Source: Octopus sinensis
Lineage: Eukaryota
Direction of reading: 5' to 3'
Length of the DNA stretch: 64,000 bases
NCBI RefSeq assembly: GCF_006345805.1
Contig: NC_043024.1
Span: forward strand, 11,284,001-11,348,000
Shown here: positions 33,790 through 46,140 of the stretch, piece by piece
Numbering within the stretch: the stretch's first letter is position 1
Layout: every line of letters starts with the position of its first letter
Translations under genes and position numbers: made by a program
Notes under the pieces: model-generated
Told to the model about the DNA's origin: nothing
Database searches by the model: none
Seen by the model: the letters and a program-made list of their open reading frames with translations, nothing else

Positions 33790-35320
33790 TGGAGCCTATA
33801 CGGCAGGTATTTAAAGGGAGAAATTTGACAAGACAGTCAGTCACTGGTTGACACTCGCTGACGATGCATCGAAGAGGCCAGGGAACAGAAGAAAGAAGAC
33901 ATGCACCCAACACCAGAGCTGAAGACACCTCCGAAAGGGGTGGCCCCGCCACATAAAAACGGTAGAGGAGTAGGGGCCGAAACCGGACGTGGTTCCACCT
34001 GATGATGTCTTGAGCTAATTGGATCCTATAAAGGAGCTGTTGTGGTAGCAGACCATGAAACACGGTTGTAATTCCTCTGAAAGAAACCCCTCATATATGT
34101 GTATGCATGTGTATATATATATATGAGTGGCTGTGTGGTAAGTAGCTTGCTTACCAACCACATGGTTCCAGGTTCAGTCCCACTGCGTGGCATATTGGGC
34201 AAGTGTCTTCTACTATAGCCTCAGGCCGACCAATGCCTTGTGAGTGGATTTGGTAGACGGAAACTGAAAGAAGCCTGTCGTATATATGTATATATATATA
34301 TATGTATGTATATGTTTGTGTGTCTGTGTTTGTCCCCCTAGCATTGCTTGACAACCGATGCTGGTGTGTTTACGTCCCCGTCACTTAGCAGTTCGGCAAA
34401 AGAGACCGATAGAATAAGTACTGGGCTTACAAAGAATACATCCCGGGGTCGATTTGCTCGACTAAAGGCGGTGCTCCAGCATGGCCGCAGTCAAATGACT
34501 GAAACAAGTAAAAGAGTATATATATACATGTGGGTGGGTGTGTGTGTTTGTCCCTTGCCACTGCTTGACAACTAGTGTTCATATGTTTATAGGCCTATAA
34601 CTTAGCGGTTCAGCAAAAGAGACCAAGAGAATAAGAATGAAGGCTTAACAAAAAATAAGTACTGTGTCATACAAATGGCACATAAAAGCACCCATTACAC
34701 TCTCAGAGTGGTTGGCTTAAAACACTTTTGGACTTAAAACACTTTTACATAATACTAACGATATATATGTGGAAGGGCATCCAGCAGTAGGTGAGACAGT
34801 GTCACATGACAACTTGCTGGGGCTGCCTGCTGGAGCCTATGCGGCAGGTATTTAAAGGGAGAAATTTGACAAGATAGTCAGTCACCGGTTGACACTCGCT
34901 GACGATGCATCGAAGAGGCCAGGGAACAGAAGAAAGAAGACATGCACCCAACACCAGAGCTGAAGACACCTCCGAAAGGGGTGGCCCCGCCACATAAAAA
35001 CGGTAGAGGAGTAGGGGCCGAAACCGGACGTGGTTCCTCCTGATGATGTCTTGAGCTAATTGGATCCTATAAAGGAGCTGTTGTGGTAGCAGACCATGAA
35101 ACATGGTTGAAATTCCTCCAACGTAGCCAGAGTTGGGAACCCTTTAACCACAGGTCAGCTCAATCAGGACTAACCAACAACAAATTACAGAGGGGGAAAT
35201 GCCAAGCAGTGATAATTAAAAAAACCGGACGTGGTTCCTCCTGATGATGTCTTGAGCTAATTGGATCCTATAAAGGAGCTGTTGTGGTAGCAGACCACGA
35301 AAGACGGTTGAAATTCCCCA
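33790..35320 (+). repeat. ~290-bp GC-rich repeat in three local copies (33790-34080, 34830-35120, partial 35220-35320)
   Basis: Near-identical copies visible directly. The unit contains CTGACGA, CTGAAGA and CTGATGA motifs. Confidence 0.85.
34125..34517 (+). mobile_element. SINE family 1
   Basis: Near-identical to 1182-1579. Confidence 0.9.
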
Positions 35321-35458
35321 TGCTGAATCAGACGGGAGCCTGGTGCAGCCTTCCAGCTTACCAGCCCTGGTGAAACCGTCTAACCAAAAGGTGGAACAAA
35401 ATTTCATATATATTTTAGACGATTAATGAAGTTCTTTGATTAATTAACATTAACATTA

Positions 35459-35620
35459 GGCGCAGGAGTGGCTGTGAGGTAAGTAGCTTGCTAACCAACC
35501 ACATGGTTCCGGGTTCAGTTCCACTGCGTGGCATCTTGGGCAAGTGTCTTCTACTATAGCTTCGGGCTGACCAATGCCTTGTGAGTGGATTTGGTAGACG
35601 GAAACTGAAAGAAGCCTGTC

Positions 35621-35664
<44 letters not shown>

Positions 35665-35877
35665 ATATGTTTGTGTGTCTGTGTTTGTTCCTCTAGCATT
35701 GCTTGACACCTGGTGCTGGGGTGTTTATATCCCCGTCACTTAGCGGTTCGGCAAAAGAGACCGATAGAATAAGTACTGGGCTTACAAAGAATAAGTCCTG
35801 GGGTCGATTCGCTCGACCAAAGGCGGTGCTCCAGCATGGCTGCAGTCAAATGACTGAAACAAGTAAAAAGAGTAAAA
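35459..35877 (+). mobile_element. SINE family 1
   Basis: Full copy. The flanks share attaatgaagttctttgattaattaacatta, a long target duplication. Confidence 0.9.
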
Positions 35878-36105
35878 AAAAAAAGAGAATTAATGAAGTT
35901 CTTTGATTAATTAACATTAGTCTTGCAAATGAATTCTATTTACGTTGCCCCAGTGCAGCATAGCAATCGAGCCTACCAGTTCCTGTACTAAGGCCGTAAG
36001 GCGCGGGGCCTGAGGGTATTTTGACTGCTGTTTTTAGCTGGTTGAGTAAATAACCACGTAGGGAGGGTTGTCTCAAGATTCGTTCAAACCTCAAAGATGT
36101 TTTAC

Positions 36106-36323
36106 CTGAAAGACGGAAAGGAGTTCGTTGTGGATGTTTTCTGGGGTCATGTGGTAGTTGTTTAGGACCAACCAGTAACCATTCCTGTAGCAGTCGTCCA
36201 CACACTGGAGCAGCGATTCCACGTTCAACTGGTCGCAGCAGTTGACCACGTACACATAGCGACCTATCTTCAGCTCTTTGGCCAGTCGTTTCACCTCTCG
36301 AACTGGGTCGGCATACAGACAAC
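36106..36323 (-). CDS. DNHD1: Dynein heavy chain-like exon (AAA6)
   Basis: cgcAG|GTTGTC...TTTCAG|GTaaaa, 218 nt, phase 1/0. GCLYADPVREVKRLAKEL...NGYWLVLNNYHMTPENIHNELLSVFQ is the counterpart of dynein 'DP...' and 'G.WvvLqNcHL'. Confidence 0.9.
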
Positions 36324-36629
36324 CTGCGGATAAACAGACATAACAGATCGGTAGAGCATCAAGGGGTACAAGCAGGGGTAAAGGTGATGTCGGTTGTCAT
36401 AGTGCTATTGGATGTAGTAGTAGTGGTTTTGTACAGGGATTAGTACTGGCACTGTTTTAAGGTGTGGGCAAATGTGCAGTTGGCTGGGGGCCTCCTGGGT
36501 CTAGGAGAACTCCTGGGTTTAGGGGCCTAATTTTGATTTATGTATGCTGTGGCTTGATAACAATAAATATATACTATCGGGCCCGGTTGCTTAGAAGCCT
36601 GTCGTATATATATAATATATATATATATA

Positions 36630-36962
36630 GCGCCATTTCGACTGGCTTCTGAGCCGGTGGCACATAAAAAGCACCATCCGAATGTGGCCGATGCCAGTGC
36701 CGCCTTGGCTGGCTTCCGTGCCGGTGGCACGTTAAAAGCACCAACCGATCGTGGCCAATGCCAGGTGCCGGTAGCACATAAAAAGCACCCACTACACTCG
36801 TGGAGTGGTTGGCGTTAGGAAGGGCATCCAGCTGTAGAAACACTGCCAGATCAGACTGGAGCCTGGAGCAGGCCCTGGCTTCCCAGACCCCGGTCGAACC
36901 GTCCAACCCGTGCTAGCATGGAAAATGGACGTTAAACGATGATGATGATGATGATGATGATG
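36630..36962 (+). mobile_element. SINE family 3 (ggttggcgttaggaagggcatccagctg; (GAT)n tail)
   Basis: Related copies at about 22390-22900, 32200-32490, 38800-39075, 43625-44250, 46560-46790, 49960-50380 and 62915-63160. Confidence 0.8.
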
Positions 36963-37134
36963 ATATATATATATATATATATATATAGTTCATTAAAATT
37001 TAGATTCAGATGAATATGGTACTTAAGTCAAAGGCAGCAGAATTTAGTATGGTATTATCTATACAGTTTCAAAATCGTGTGATTATGATCGAAATAAGCA
37101 ACAAGGATATCCAGAGGTAATGCAGTACGATCGT

Positions 37135-37188
37135 TTCATGCGACTCCATTTAATTGAACAAATGTTCAATTAAATGGAGTCGCATGAA
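37135..37188. repeat. Perfect 26-bp palindrome with 2-nt spacer
   Basis: ttcatgcgactccatttaattgaaca-aa-tgttcaattaaatggagtcgcatgaa. Confidence 0.95.
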
Positions 37189-37336
37189 TATATGGGTACA
37201 GGACATCACTGACAGTGCAAATAACATGAAATACGTAAACTGTGAAAAAATGGAAAACAGACAAGTAAACACAGAGAAAGGACCCTTCACCGTTGTTGGC
37301 TGTCTATCTACTCCTCATTTCAACCGTTCATATAAA

Positions 37337-37375
<39 letters not shown>

Positions 37376-37400
37376 TTGGTATTATGTAAAAGTGTTTTAA

Positions 37401-37567
37401 GGCGCAGGAGTGGCTGTGTGGTAAGTAGCTTGCTAACCAACCACATGGTTGCGGGTTCAGTCCCACTGCGTGACATCTTGGGCAAGTGTCTTCTGCTATA
37501 CCCCCGGGCCGACCAAAGCCTTGTGAATAGATTTGGTTGACAGAAACTGAAAGAAGCCTGTCGTATA

Positions 37568-37612
<45 letters not shown>

Positions 37613-37838
37613 TGTGTGTGTGTTGTGTGTCTGTGTTTGTCCCCCTAGCATTGCTTGACAACTGATGCTGGTGTGCTTACGTCCCCGTCACTTAGCGGTT
37701 TGGCAAAAAGAGACCGATAGAATAAGTACTGGGCTTACAAAGAATAAGTCCTGGGGTCGATTTGCCCGACTAAAGGCGGTGCTCCAGCATGGCTGCAGTC
37801 AAATGACTGAAACAAGTAAAAGAGTAAAAGAGTAAGAG
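37401..37838 (+). mobile_element. SINE family 1
   Basis: Near-identical to 1182-1579. Confidence 0.9.
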
Positions 37839-38359
37839 TAAGTCCAAAATGTTGCTTTTTCAGAAAATGAAAAAATAGTTTCACCATTCCATAGCAAAAC
37901 CGTTGTACTGCACTTTGACAATTTTTGATACCTTGGCATCTGAAGCTGCTGGAGATATTGAGTGTTTGACCAAAAGAAGAGGCTATTGCAAGCAAAAATA
38001 AATATTAAAAAAACTGCATTTGGCCAAATTTGGACATACAACAGTTTAACATAATAGCAACGATATATAAATAAATAAATATATATATATATATATGTCT
38101 GTGTGCTTTTGTTTGTGTGTTTGCATACCTTAGCTTAGCAGTTTGGAAAAAAGAGACTGATAAAATAAGTACTAGACTTAAAGTAAAAACAAGAACTTGA
38201 GTTGATTTGCTCAACTAAAATTTTTCAAAGCAGTGCTCCAGCATGGCCGCAGTCTAACGACTGAAACATAAAAGATAAAATCTGTGTATATACATACATA
38301 TGTGTGTATACATGCATAAGTATGTGTGTCAGTGTATACACACACACACATATATATAC

Positions 38360-38760
38360 GGCTGTGTGGTAAGTAGCTTGCTTACCAACCACATGGTTCC
38401 GGGTTCAGTCCCACTGCGTGGCACCTTGAGCAAGTGTCTTCTACTATAGCCTCGGGCCGACCAAAGCCTTGTGAGTGGATTTGGTAGACGGAAACTGAAA
38501 GAAGCCCGTCATATATATGTATATATATATATATACATATGTGCGTGTATGTCTGTGTGTCTGTGTTTGTCCCCCTAGCATTGCTTGACAACCGGTGCTG
38601 GTGTGTTTATGTCCCCGTCACCTAGCGGTTTGGGCAAAACAGACCGATAGAATAAGTACTGGGCTTACAAAGAATAAGTCCCGGGGTCGAGTTGCTCGAC
38701 TAAAGGCGGTGCTCCAGCATGGCCGCAGTCAAATGAATGAAACAAGTAAAAGAGTAAAGA
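38360..38760 (+). mobile_element. SINE family 1
   Basis: Near-identical to 1182-1579. Confidence 0.9.
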
Positions 38761-39397
38761 GTATATGTGTGTGTATATGCGATACACATGTTCGTATACA
38801 TGCCGCCTATGCCAGCGCCGCCTTGGCTGGCTTCCGTGCTGGTGGCATGTAAAAAGCACCAACCGATCGTGGCCGATGCCAGACTTCCCTGGCACGTAAA
38901 AAGCACCCACTACACTCGTGGAGTGGTTGGCGCTAGGAAGGGCATCCAGCTGTAGAAACATTGTCAGATCAGACTGGGCCTGGTGCAGCCTCCTGGCTTA
39001 CCAGACCCCAGTTGAACTGTCCAACCCATGCTAGCATGGAAAGCAGATGGTAAATGATGATGATGATGATGATGACATGTCTGGTGTAGTAATTTTTTCC
39101 CACAGCCTCCCAAAGTATTTCTCAGAGATCTTATACCATAATTCCTATTGAGGAGAGTGCGTGGGATAATGGCTGGATTAGGAGCAGCAGCAAGAGTTAA
39201 TCCGAGTAGGGGGTGGATGATTGAGTGATGTGAGAGAACTTCAGCTGGGACCACTTATCTATCAATACTTAATCCACGGCTAAGCGTCTTATCTTGCCAA
39301 ACTTAGCAGAAAGGATGTTGTTTAGCTCTGAGAATAAATATTGCCTTAATCTCAGATGTTGGTATCTAGAAGGAGCGAAGCTTTCGCACAAATGCAC

Positions 39398-39433
<36 letters not shown>

Positions 39434-39524
39434 TTGTATTTATGTGTGTACGAATATATTTGTATGTCGATATGTGTTTGTAAGGCACACACACACACAC
39501 ACACACAAAACACACTCACAGCAC

Positions 39525-39558
<34 letters not shown>

Positions 39559-40254
39559 AACACACACACAAACACACACACACACAAACACACCACACAC
39601 AACACATACACACAAACACACAAACACAACACACCCACACCACACACAAACAAAACACACACACACAACACACACCAAAACACACAAACACATACACACA
39701 CACACACAAACACATACACAAACACAACACACACACACACAACACACAAACACACACACCAAACACACACACACACACAAACAACATAACACCACACCCC
39801 ACAACACATACACACAAACACACACCACACAACACACACACACACCACAAACACCTACCCACAAACACACACAAACCATACACACACACACACAAACACA
39901 TACCACCAAACACACACAAACACACCACACACCACACACACACACAACACACACAAACACATACACACACTCACACACAAACACATACACACAAACACAC
40001 ACACACACACACACACTTCTTTATATTAATGAATGAGAGAAGAGTGCTCAATACATATTTTTATGCTTTTATTTTTTACTGAAACTGAAATTTTGTCTGC
40101 AGCCATGCTGGAGCACTACCTTGGAGCAATATATATACCGCCACCTGTACCACCACCAACAACATAACCACCATGACCACTCCCACTACCATCATCACCA
40201 TCATCACCATCACCACCACCACCACCACCATGAGCAATAATTTATAATTATACA

Positions 40255-40560
40255 CTAGCAGCTAAGCCCGGTTTCACCCGGTCAGTTTGGATGATGTGGC
40301 TCTCAAACCTGCTCTGTGTAGGCATTCGACTTGTTTGGGTACGCTTACGTTAAAAAACAATTTTAGAATGACTTTTTTCTGTCAAAATGCTAAAAATAAC
40401 TGACCAATAAAAAAACCCAACTAAGATTCAATCAAATCAAATAATAAACCCCAAAACTAAGCGAACAAAGATGCAAAACCACAAAAACACCTTTCCTTCC
40501 TTATTAATCTCTCACCCCTTCCTTTCTCATTCATAAACACAAGAGTATTATTATAGTAGA
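40255..40560 (-). mobile_element. Non-autonomous Helitron (306 bp)
   Basis: The minus strand reads A|TCtactataat...ccgggtgaaaccggg...CTAG|T: 5' TC, subterminal hairpin, 3' CTAG, A/T target and no TSD. Confidence 0.7.
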
Positions 40561-40872
40561 TTGTCTCGGTAACCATAGGAGCTATGAAAAAAAAACACAA
40601 AGCCCAGTATCACCACTGGATCATTGGTAGACTTAATACACAAATTAAGAACCTTTATTCACCAACGCAGTGTTGAGCACTCATTCACATTATCCAGTAT
40701 TCACACACACACAGATGTTGTGAAGGTGCATGACCTAGTGGTTGAGGTGAAGAACTTGTGATTGCAAGCTCACGGTTTCAATCCCCAGATTGGGAAGTGT
40801 ACTGACTCAGGAACAAAATTTGCTTAGGGTGGTGCAAACTTAGGTCCCAAAATTTTTACAAACAAGGTCTTA

Positions 40873-41120
40873 CTCTTTACTCTTTTACTTGTTTCAGTCA
40901 TTTGATTGCGGCCATGCTGGAACACCGCCTTCAGTCGAGCAAATCGACCCCAGGACTTATTCTTTGTAAGCCCAGTACTTATTCTATCAGTCTCTTTTGC
41001 TGAACTGCTAAGTTACGGGGACATGAACACACCAACATCGGTTGTCAAGCAATTTTGGGGGGACAAACACAGACACACAAACACACACATACATATATAT
41101 ATATACACACACACATATAT

Positions 41121-41161
<41 letters not shown>

Positions 41162-41335
41162 GACATATATATGACGGGCTTCTTTCAGTTTCCGTCTACT
41201 AAATCCACTCACAAGGCTTTCGTCGGCCTGAGGCTATAGTAAAAGATACTTGCCCAAAGTGCCACGCAGTGGGACTGAACCTGGAACCATGTGGTTGGTA
41301 AGCAAGCTACTTACCACACAGCCACTCCTGCGCCT
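40873..41335 (-). mobile_element. SINE family 1 (inverted)
   Basis: Reverse complement of the family 1 consensus. Confidence 0.9.
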
Positions 41336-42432
41336 TATTGTTTCTTTAAATCTATTTTTGTTCTTTGAGAAGAAATCTAACTTTTACCTACTTTTCATAG
41401 ATCACTTTTTACTCACTATTTACTAAACCTAAGAAAAGTAAGTAGGGGTACAAATTTTGAACTTGCACCCCACAAAAATTCTAGGGGTGCACATGCAACC
41501 CCCTGCACCACGTGTTCCCGGGCCTCCTGTTTCCGGAAGTGCATTGTACACCTGAGCAAAGCACTTCATTTCACATTGCTTTGCAATCATTTTGACACCT
41601 GACTTGCGGCACACCTGTGCACCTGTACAGGTAATGTCGATTTGATGGAAGGAGCGAGCTTCTGTGCAACACAAACATTTGATCAAGTGAAAGAAATCAT
41701 CTGAGTAGTTGTTCGTTAAGAAATTGCAGAGCTGTCATCAGTCATCTAATTAGGGCAGAGTCCGTAGTGTGTGTGTATATATATATATATATACACACAC
41801 ACACATAAATATATATATATATATGTATGTATATATATATATATATACATACATACACACACACACACACGCACACATATATATATATATATATATATAC
41901 ATAAACACAAACACACACACATATATATTCTTTTATTTGTTTCAGTTACTTGACTGCAGCCATGCTGGAGCACTGCCTTGGAGAAATATATACACCGCCA
42001 CCTGTACCACCACCAACAACATAACCACCATGACCACACCCACTACAATCATCACCACCACCACTACAATCACCACCACCACCACCACCACCACAAGCAA
42101 TAATAGTAATAATAATGTATGGTTATATGTATGTGTATGTATGTTATCTAAACTTACCCCATTTTTATTTGGAACTTGTCCAAGTTTCCACAGCACAGGT
42201 GAGATACAGGTAAGAAGACGATGTTGTTGTTATAATCATTATTCATCTTACCTGTATAAGTGTGTACCTGTCGGGTAGCTGGGTGGATGGGTAGATGGTG
42301 GTGTTAGTTATATCCTATCTATATCAGCTTTAATTAAGATGGTTGTTTTGGAATTCTCTTAGTACTCAAGAATTGTAATTAAAATAATTATTTTTGGAAT
42401 GAAATGCCTAGCAATCTTTTTGCAATGTTTGA

Positions 42433-43620
42433 AGGCAGCGAGCTGGCAGAATCGTTAGCACGCCCGGGCGAAATTCTTAGCAGTATTTCGTCTGTCTCTA
42501 TATTCTGAGTTCAAATTCTGCCGAGGTCGACTTTGCCTTTCATCCTTTCGGGGTCGATTAAATAAGTACCAGTTATGCACTGGGGTTGATATAATCGACT
42601 TAATCCATTTGTCTGTCCTTGTTTGTCCCCTCTGTGTTTAGCCCCTTGTGGGTAGTAAAGAAATAGGTATTTCGTATGCCACTACGTTCTGAGTTCAAAT
42701 TCTGCAGAGGTCGACTTTGCCTTTCATCCTTTCGGGGTCGATTAAATAAGTACCAGTTACGCACTGGGGTTGATATAATCGACTTAATCCGTTTGTCTGT
42801 CTTTGTTTGTCCTCTCTATGTTTAGCCCCTTGTGGGTAGTAAAGAAATTGGTATTTCGTCTGCCGTTACGTTCTGAGTTCAAATTCTGCCGAGGTTGACT
42901 TTGCCTTTCATCGTTTTGGGGTTGATAAATTAATTACCAGTTGTGTACTGGGGTTGATCTAAATGACTGCCCCCTTCCTCCAAAATTTTGGGCCTTGTGC
43001 CTAGAATACAAAAGAATATTTAAGGCAGTGGACTGGCAGAAACATTAGCACATTGGGCGAAATTCTTAGCAGTTTTTCGTCTGTTTTTATGTTCAAAGTT
43101 CAAATTCTGCCAAGGTCGGCTTTGCCTTTCATCCTTTCGGAGTTGATAAATTAAGTACCAGTTGCATACTGGGTTTGATCTAATCAACTGCCCCCTCTCC
43201 CCCAAAATTTCGGGCCTTGTGCCTAGAGTAGAAAAGGATATTTTTGCAATGTTTTAAGGTGTTCAGCTGGCAGAAACGTTAGCACGCCAGATGAAATACT
43301 TAGCAGAATTTTGTCCATCTGTATGTTCTGAGTTCAAATTCCTCTGAGGTCGACGTTGTTTACATCATTTCAGGGTCGATAAAATAAGTACCAGTAGAAC
43401 ACTGGGATTGATGTAATTGGTGGCCTTGTGCCAAAATTTGCAATGAATATTTTTGCCATGTTTTAGGCAGAGAGTTGGAAGAATTGTTAGGACGCTGGAC
43501 AAAATGCTAAGTAACATTTCATTTGCCTTTATGTTCTGAGTTCAAATCCTGCTCAGGTCATCTTTGCCTTTAATCCTTACAAGGTCAATAAATTAAGTAC
43601 CACTTGACTACTAGAGTCAA
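42433..43620 (+). mobile_element. Cluster of SINE family 2 copies (tandem, about 6 units)
   Basis: Repeated ttctgagttcaaattc..gaggtcgactttgcctttcatcctttcggggtcgat units. Confidence 0.85.
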
Positions 43621-45010
43621 TCACCATCATCATCATTTAAAATCCATTTACCATGCTGGCATGGGTTGGACGGTTTGACTGAGGACTGGTGAGCCAAAGG
43701 CTGCACCAGGCTCCAATCTGATTTGGTGAAGTTTCTACAGCTGGATGCCCTTCAAAACGCCAACCACTCCGAGAGTGTAGTGGATGCTTTTATCTGCCAC
43801 CGGCATGAGGGCCAGTTTGGCGGTTCTGGAAATGACCATTCTGAAAATGTGTTTTTTATGTGTTACCTGCATGGGAGCCAGTCCATGCTCAAATGTTGTT
43901 TTTCATGTGCCAGTAAGGCAACGCTGACAATGATCATGCTCCAATAGTGCTTTTTATGTGCCACTGGCACAGGAGCCAATCCATGGCCTTGGCAACAATC
44001 ATGCTCGGATGAGCTTTTAACGTTCTACTGGCACGAATGCCAATCAGGCAGTACTATCATTGGCCACGTCAGCGATTGTGATTTTGATTTCACTTGCCTC
44101 AACAGGTCTTCGCAAGCAAAGTTTATTGTACAATAAATGAAGGGTACTCATAAGTGAGCTGGTTATACACCACTGGCATACACCACGGGTTATGGTCTCA
44201 CTTGGCTTGTTGGGTCTTCTCAAGCGTAGCATATCTCCAAAGGTCTGTAATTGCCTATCTCCCTCTTACAAAATCTCAGGCCTGGTACTTCTTGTACAAA
44301 GGATTATTATTGTGGGTACTTTTTATGCGACACCCACAAGGTGCTTTGTAAACGGCAGCCGTACAGGTACTTTTTATGTGGTACAAGCACTGCTGCATTT
44401 CTTTTTCAATATTTACAGTATTTTTGCTTTTTAGGAGCAAGGTATCATGTTTTATTTTATACGAGATCCGCTTTCTGTTTTGATAGTTGTTTTGTCTGTT
44501 TATTGTGTAGAGGAGGGTGGGTGCTGTATGATTCCGCTTCTGGTTTCCATGCTGAAAATACCTGTTCTTTGGTCAATGCTTCTCTCACCTCTGCAACTGA
44601 TGTGGTTTTCCACAATCTTCCTCATCGACAGCAGCTCGTCTTACCAAGGTGTCAGGTGATGCCATGGGGATGCTTGGCTGTTCCAACATCTTAGCCTCAC
44701 CATCACCATCATGGCTTGCTTCCATACGTTCTGTTGAACCTTGTGCCAGGCGTTCAACTGAGGCATTTATTGTTGAATTGATGGTTTTTCCTTCTTTTCT
44801 CTTCCTCTTTTTCTTTTTGTTTTCTTTTTTCCTTGATTCACTCAAGTTTATGTTTTCTTCAGTTTTGGATTTATATTTTAATGAGGGTTTGTATTATATA
44901 TGTATCGTATGTATATATATATATATATATATTCAAAATGTGACCGCGTGTGTATCGTTGGCGATTTTTTTCCCTCTGTCTTCCCTTCCTTGGATCTTTC
45001 CTTTTACTTT

Positions 45011-45044
45011 GTTTCTGACAAAGAGCTCCCTCGAAACATTAAAC
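45011..45044 (+). ncRNA. Decayed minimal hammerhead motif in a Penelope-like fragment (about 44930-45132)
   Basis: GUUU-CUGACAA-AGAGCUCCCUC-GAAACAUU-AAAC. The core and stems carry substitutions. Confidence 0.35.
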
Positions 45045-45127
45045 CCTCCTTCTTTCATTCTTTCCTGAGCGTTGTTCCACGTCCTCGCGTTGTTGTGTTT
45101 TCTCTTTGTGTTTTCATGTTTGGATTA

Positions 45128-45170
<43 letters not shown>

Positions 45171-45173
<3 letters not shown>

Positions 45174-45371
45174 TGGTTTTCAACCAGGGTTTTGCCAGTA
45201 CAGTCCAGGGGTTCCGCAAGAAGTTACAAAACTGCTAGAATCGGCAGTAATTTTTAATTCTCCTGTGCAGATATGTGTGCATAAGACTATTAAATTATTG
45301 CACAGGGGTTCCTTGAGCCAGTGGACTGTTTCCTTGGGGTTCCGCTCCAGCAAAAAGTTTGAAAAGCACTG
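45171..45371. mobile_element. hAT-type MITE in a (TA)n tract
   Basis: Termini cactggttttcaacc ... gtttgaaaagcactg resemble CAGTG...CACTG hAT TIRs. Internal gggttcc repeats. Confidence 0.6.
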
Positions 45372-45754
45372 ATATATATATATATGTATATATAAAAGGG
45401 TAAAGACCCCCTTCGGTCATGAATGACCATGGGATTGCACCTAGAAAGTTACCCTCCGAGTCTCAAGTCCGAGTAAGATTGTTTATGGAAGACCAGCAGT
45501 CACCCATGCATACCAACCTCCCCTCTCCATGCCACCAGTGTTATCCAAGGGAAAGGCAAAGGGGCCGATACAGCTTGGCACCTGTGACATCGCAACTCAT
45601 TTATTAACATGCAAGTGGCTGAGTACTCCACAGACACGTTTACCCTTAACATAGTTCTCAGGAAGATTCAGTGTGACATAGAGTGTGACAAGGCTGGCCC
45701 CTTTGAGATACAGGTACAACAGAAACAGGAAGAAATATATATATTTTTTGTTAT

Positions 45755-46140
45755 TCTTTTATTTGTTTCAGTCATTTGACTGCGGCCATGCTGGAGCACC
45801 GCCTTTAATCAAGCAACTCGACCCTGGGACTTATTCTTTGTAAGCCCAGTACTTATTCTATCGGTCTCTTTTGCCGAACCGCTAAGTGACGGGGACATAA
45901 ACACACCAGCATCGATTGTCAAGCAATGCTAGGGGGACAAACACAGACACACAAACACATACACACACATACATATATACGATAGGTTTCTTTCAGTATC
46001 CGTCTACCGAATCCACTCACAAGGCATTGGTCGGCCCGAGGCTATAGTAGAAGACACTTGCCCAAGGTGCCACACAGTGGGAATGAACCTGGAACCATGT
46101 GGTTGGTAAGGAAACTACTTACCACACAGCCACTCCTGTG
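45755..46140 (-). mobile_element. SINE family 1 (inverted)
   Basis: Reverse complement of the family 1 consensus. Confidence 0.9.

Noticed and set aside
38964-39370. 96-aa minus-strand ORF in unique sequence
   Set aside because: It runs into a (CAT)n tract and SINE family 3, with no motif or splice support.
42252-42315. Possible minus-strand exon (DITNTTIYPSTQLPDRYTLIQ|GTAAGA)
   Set aside because: It has a good donor, but it is open only as phase 0/0 while the surrounding intron is phase 1. Exons 53424 and 36323 already join directly.
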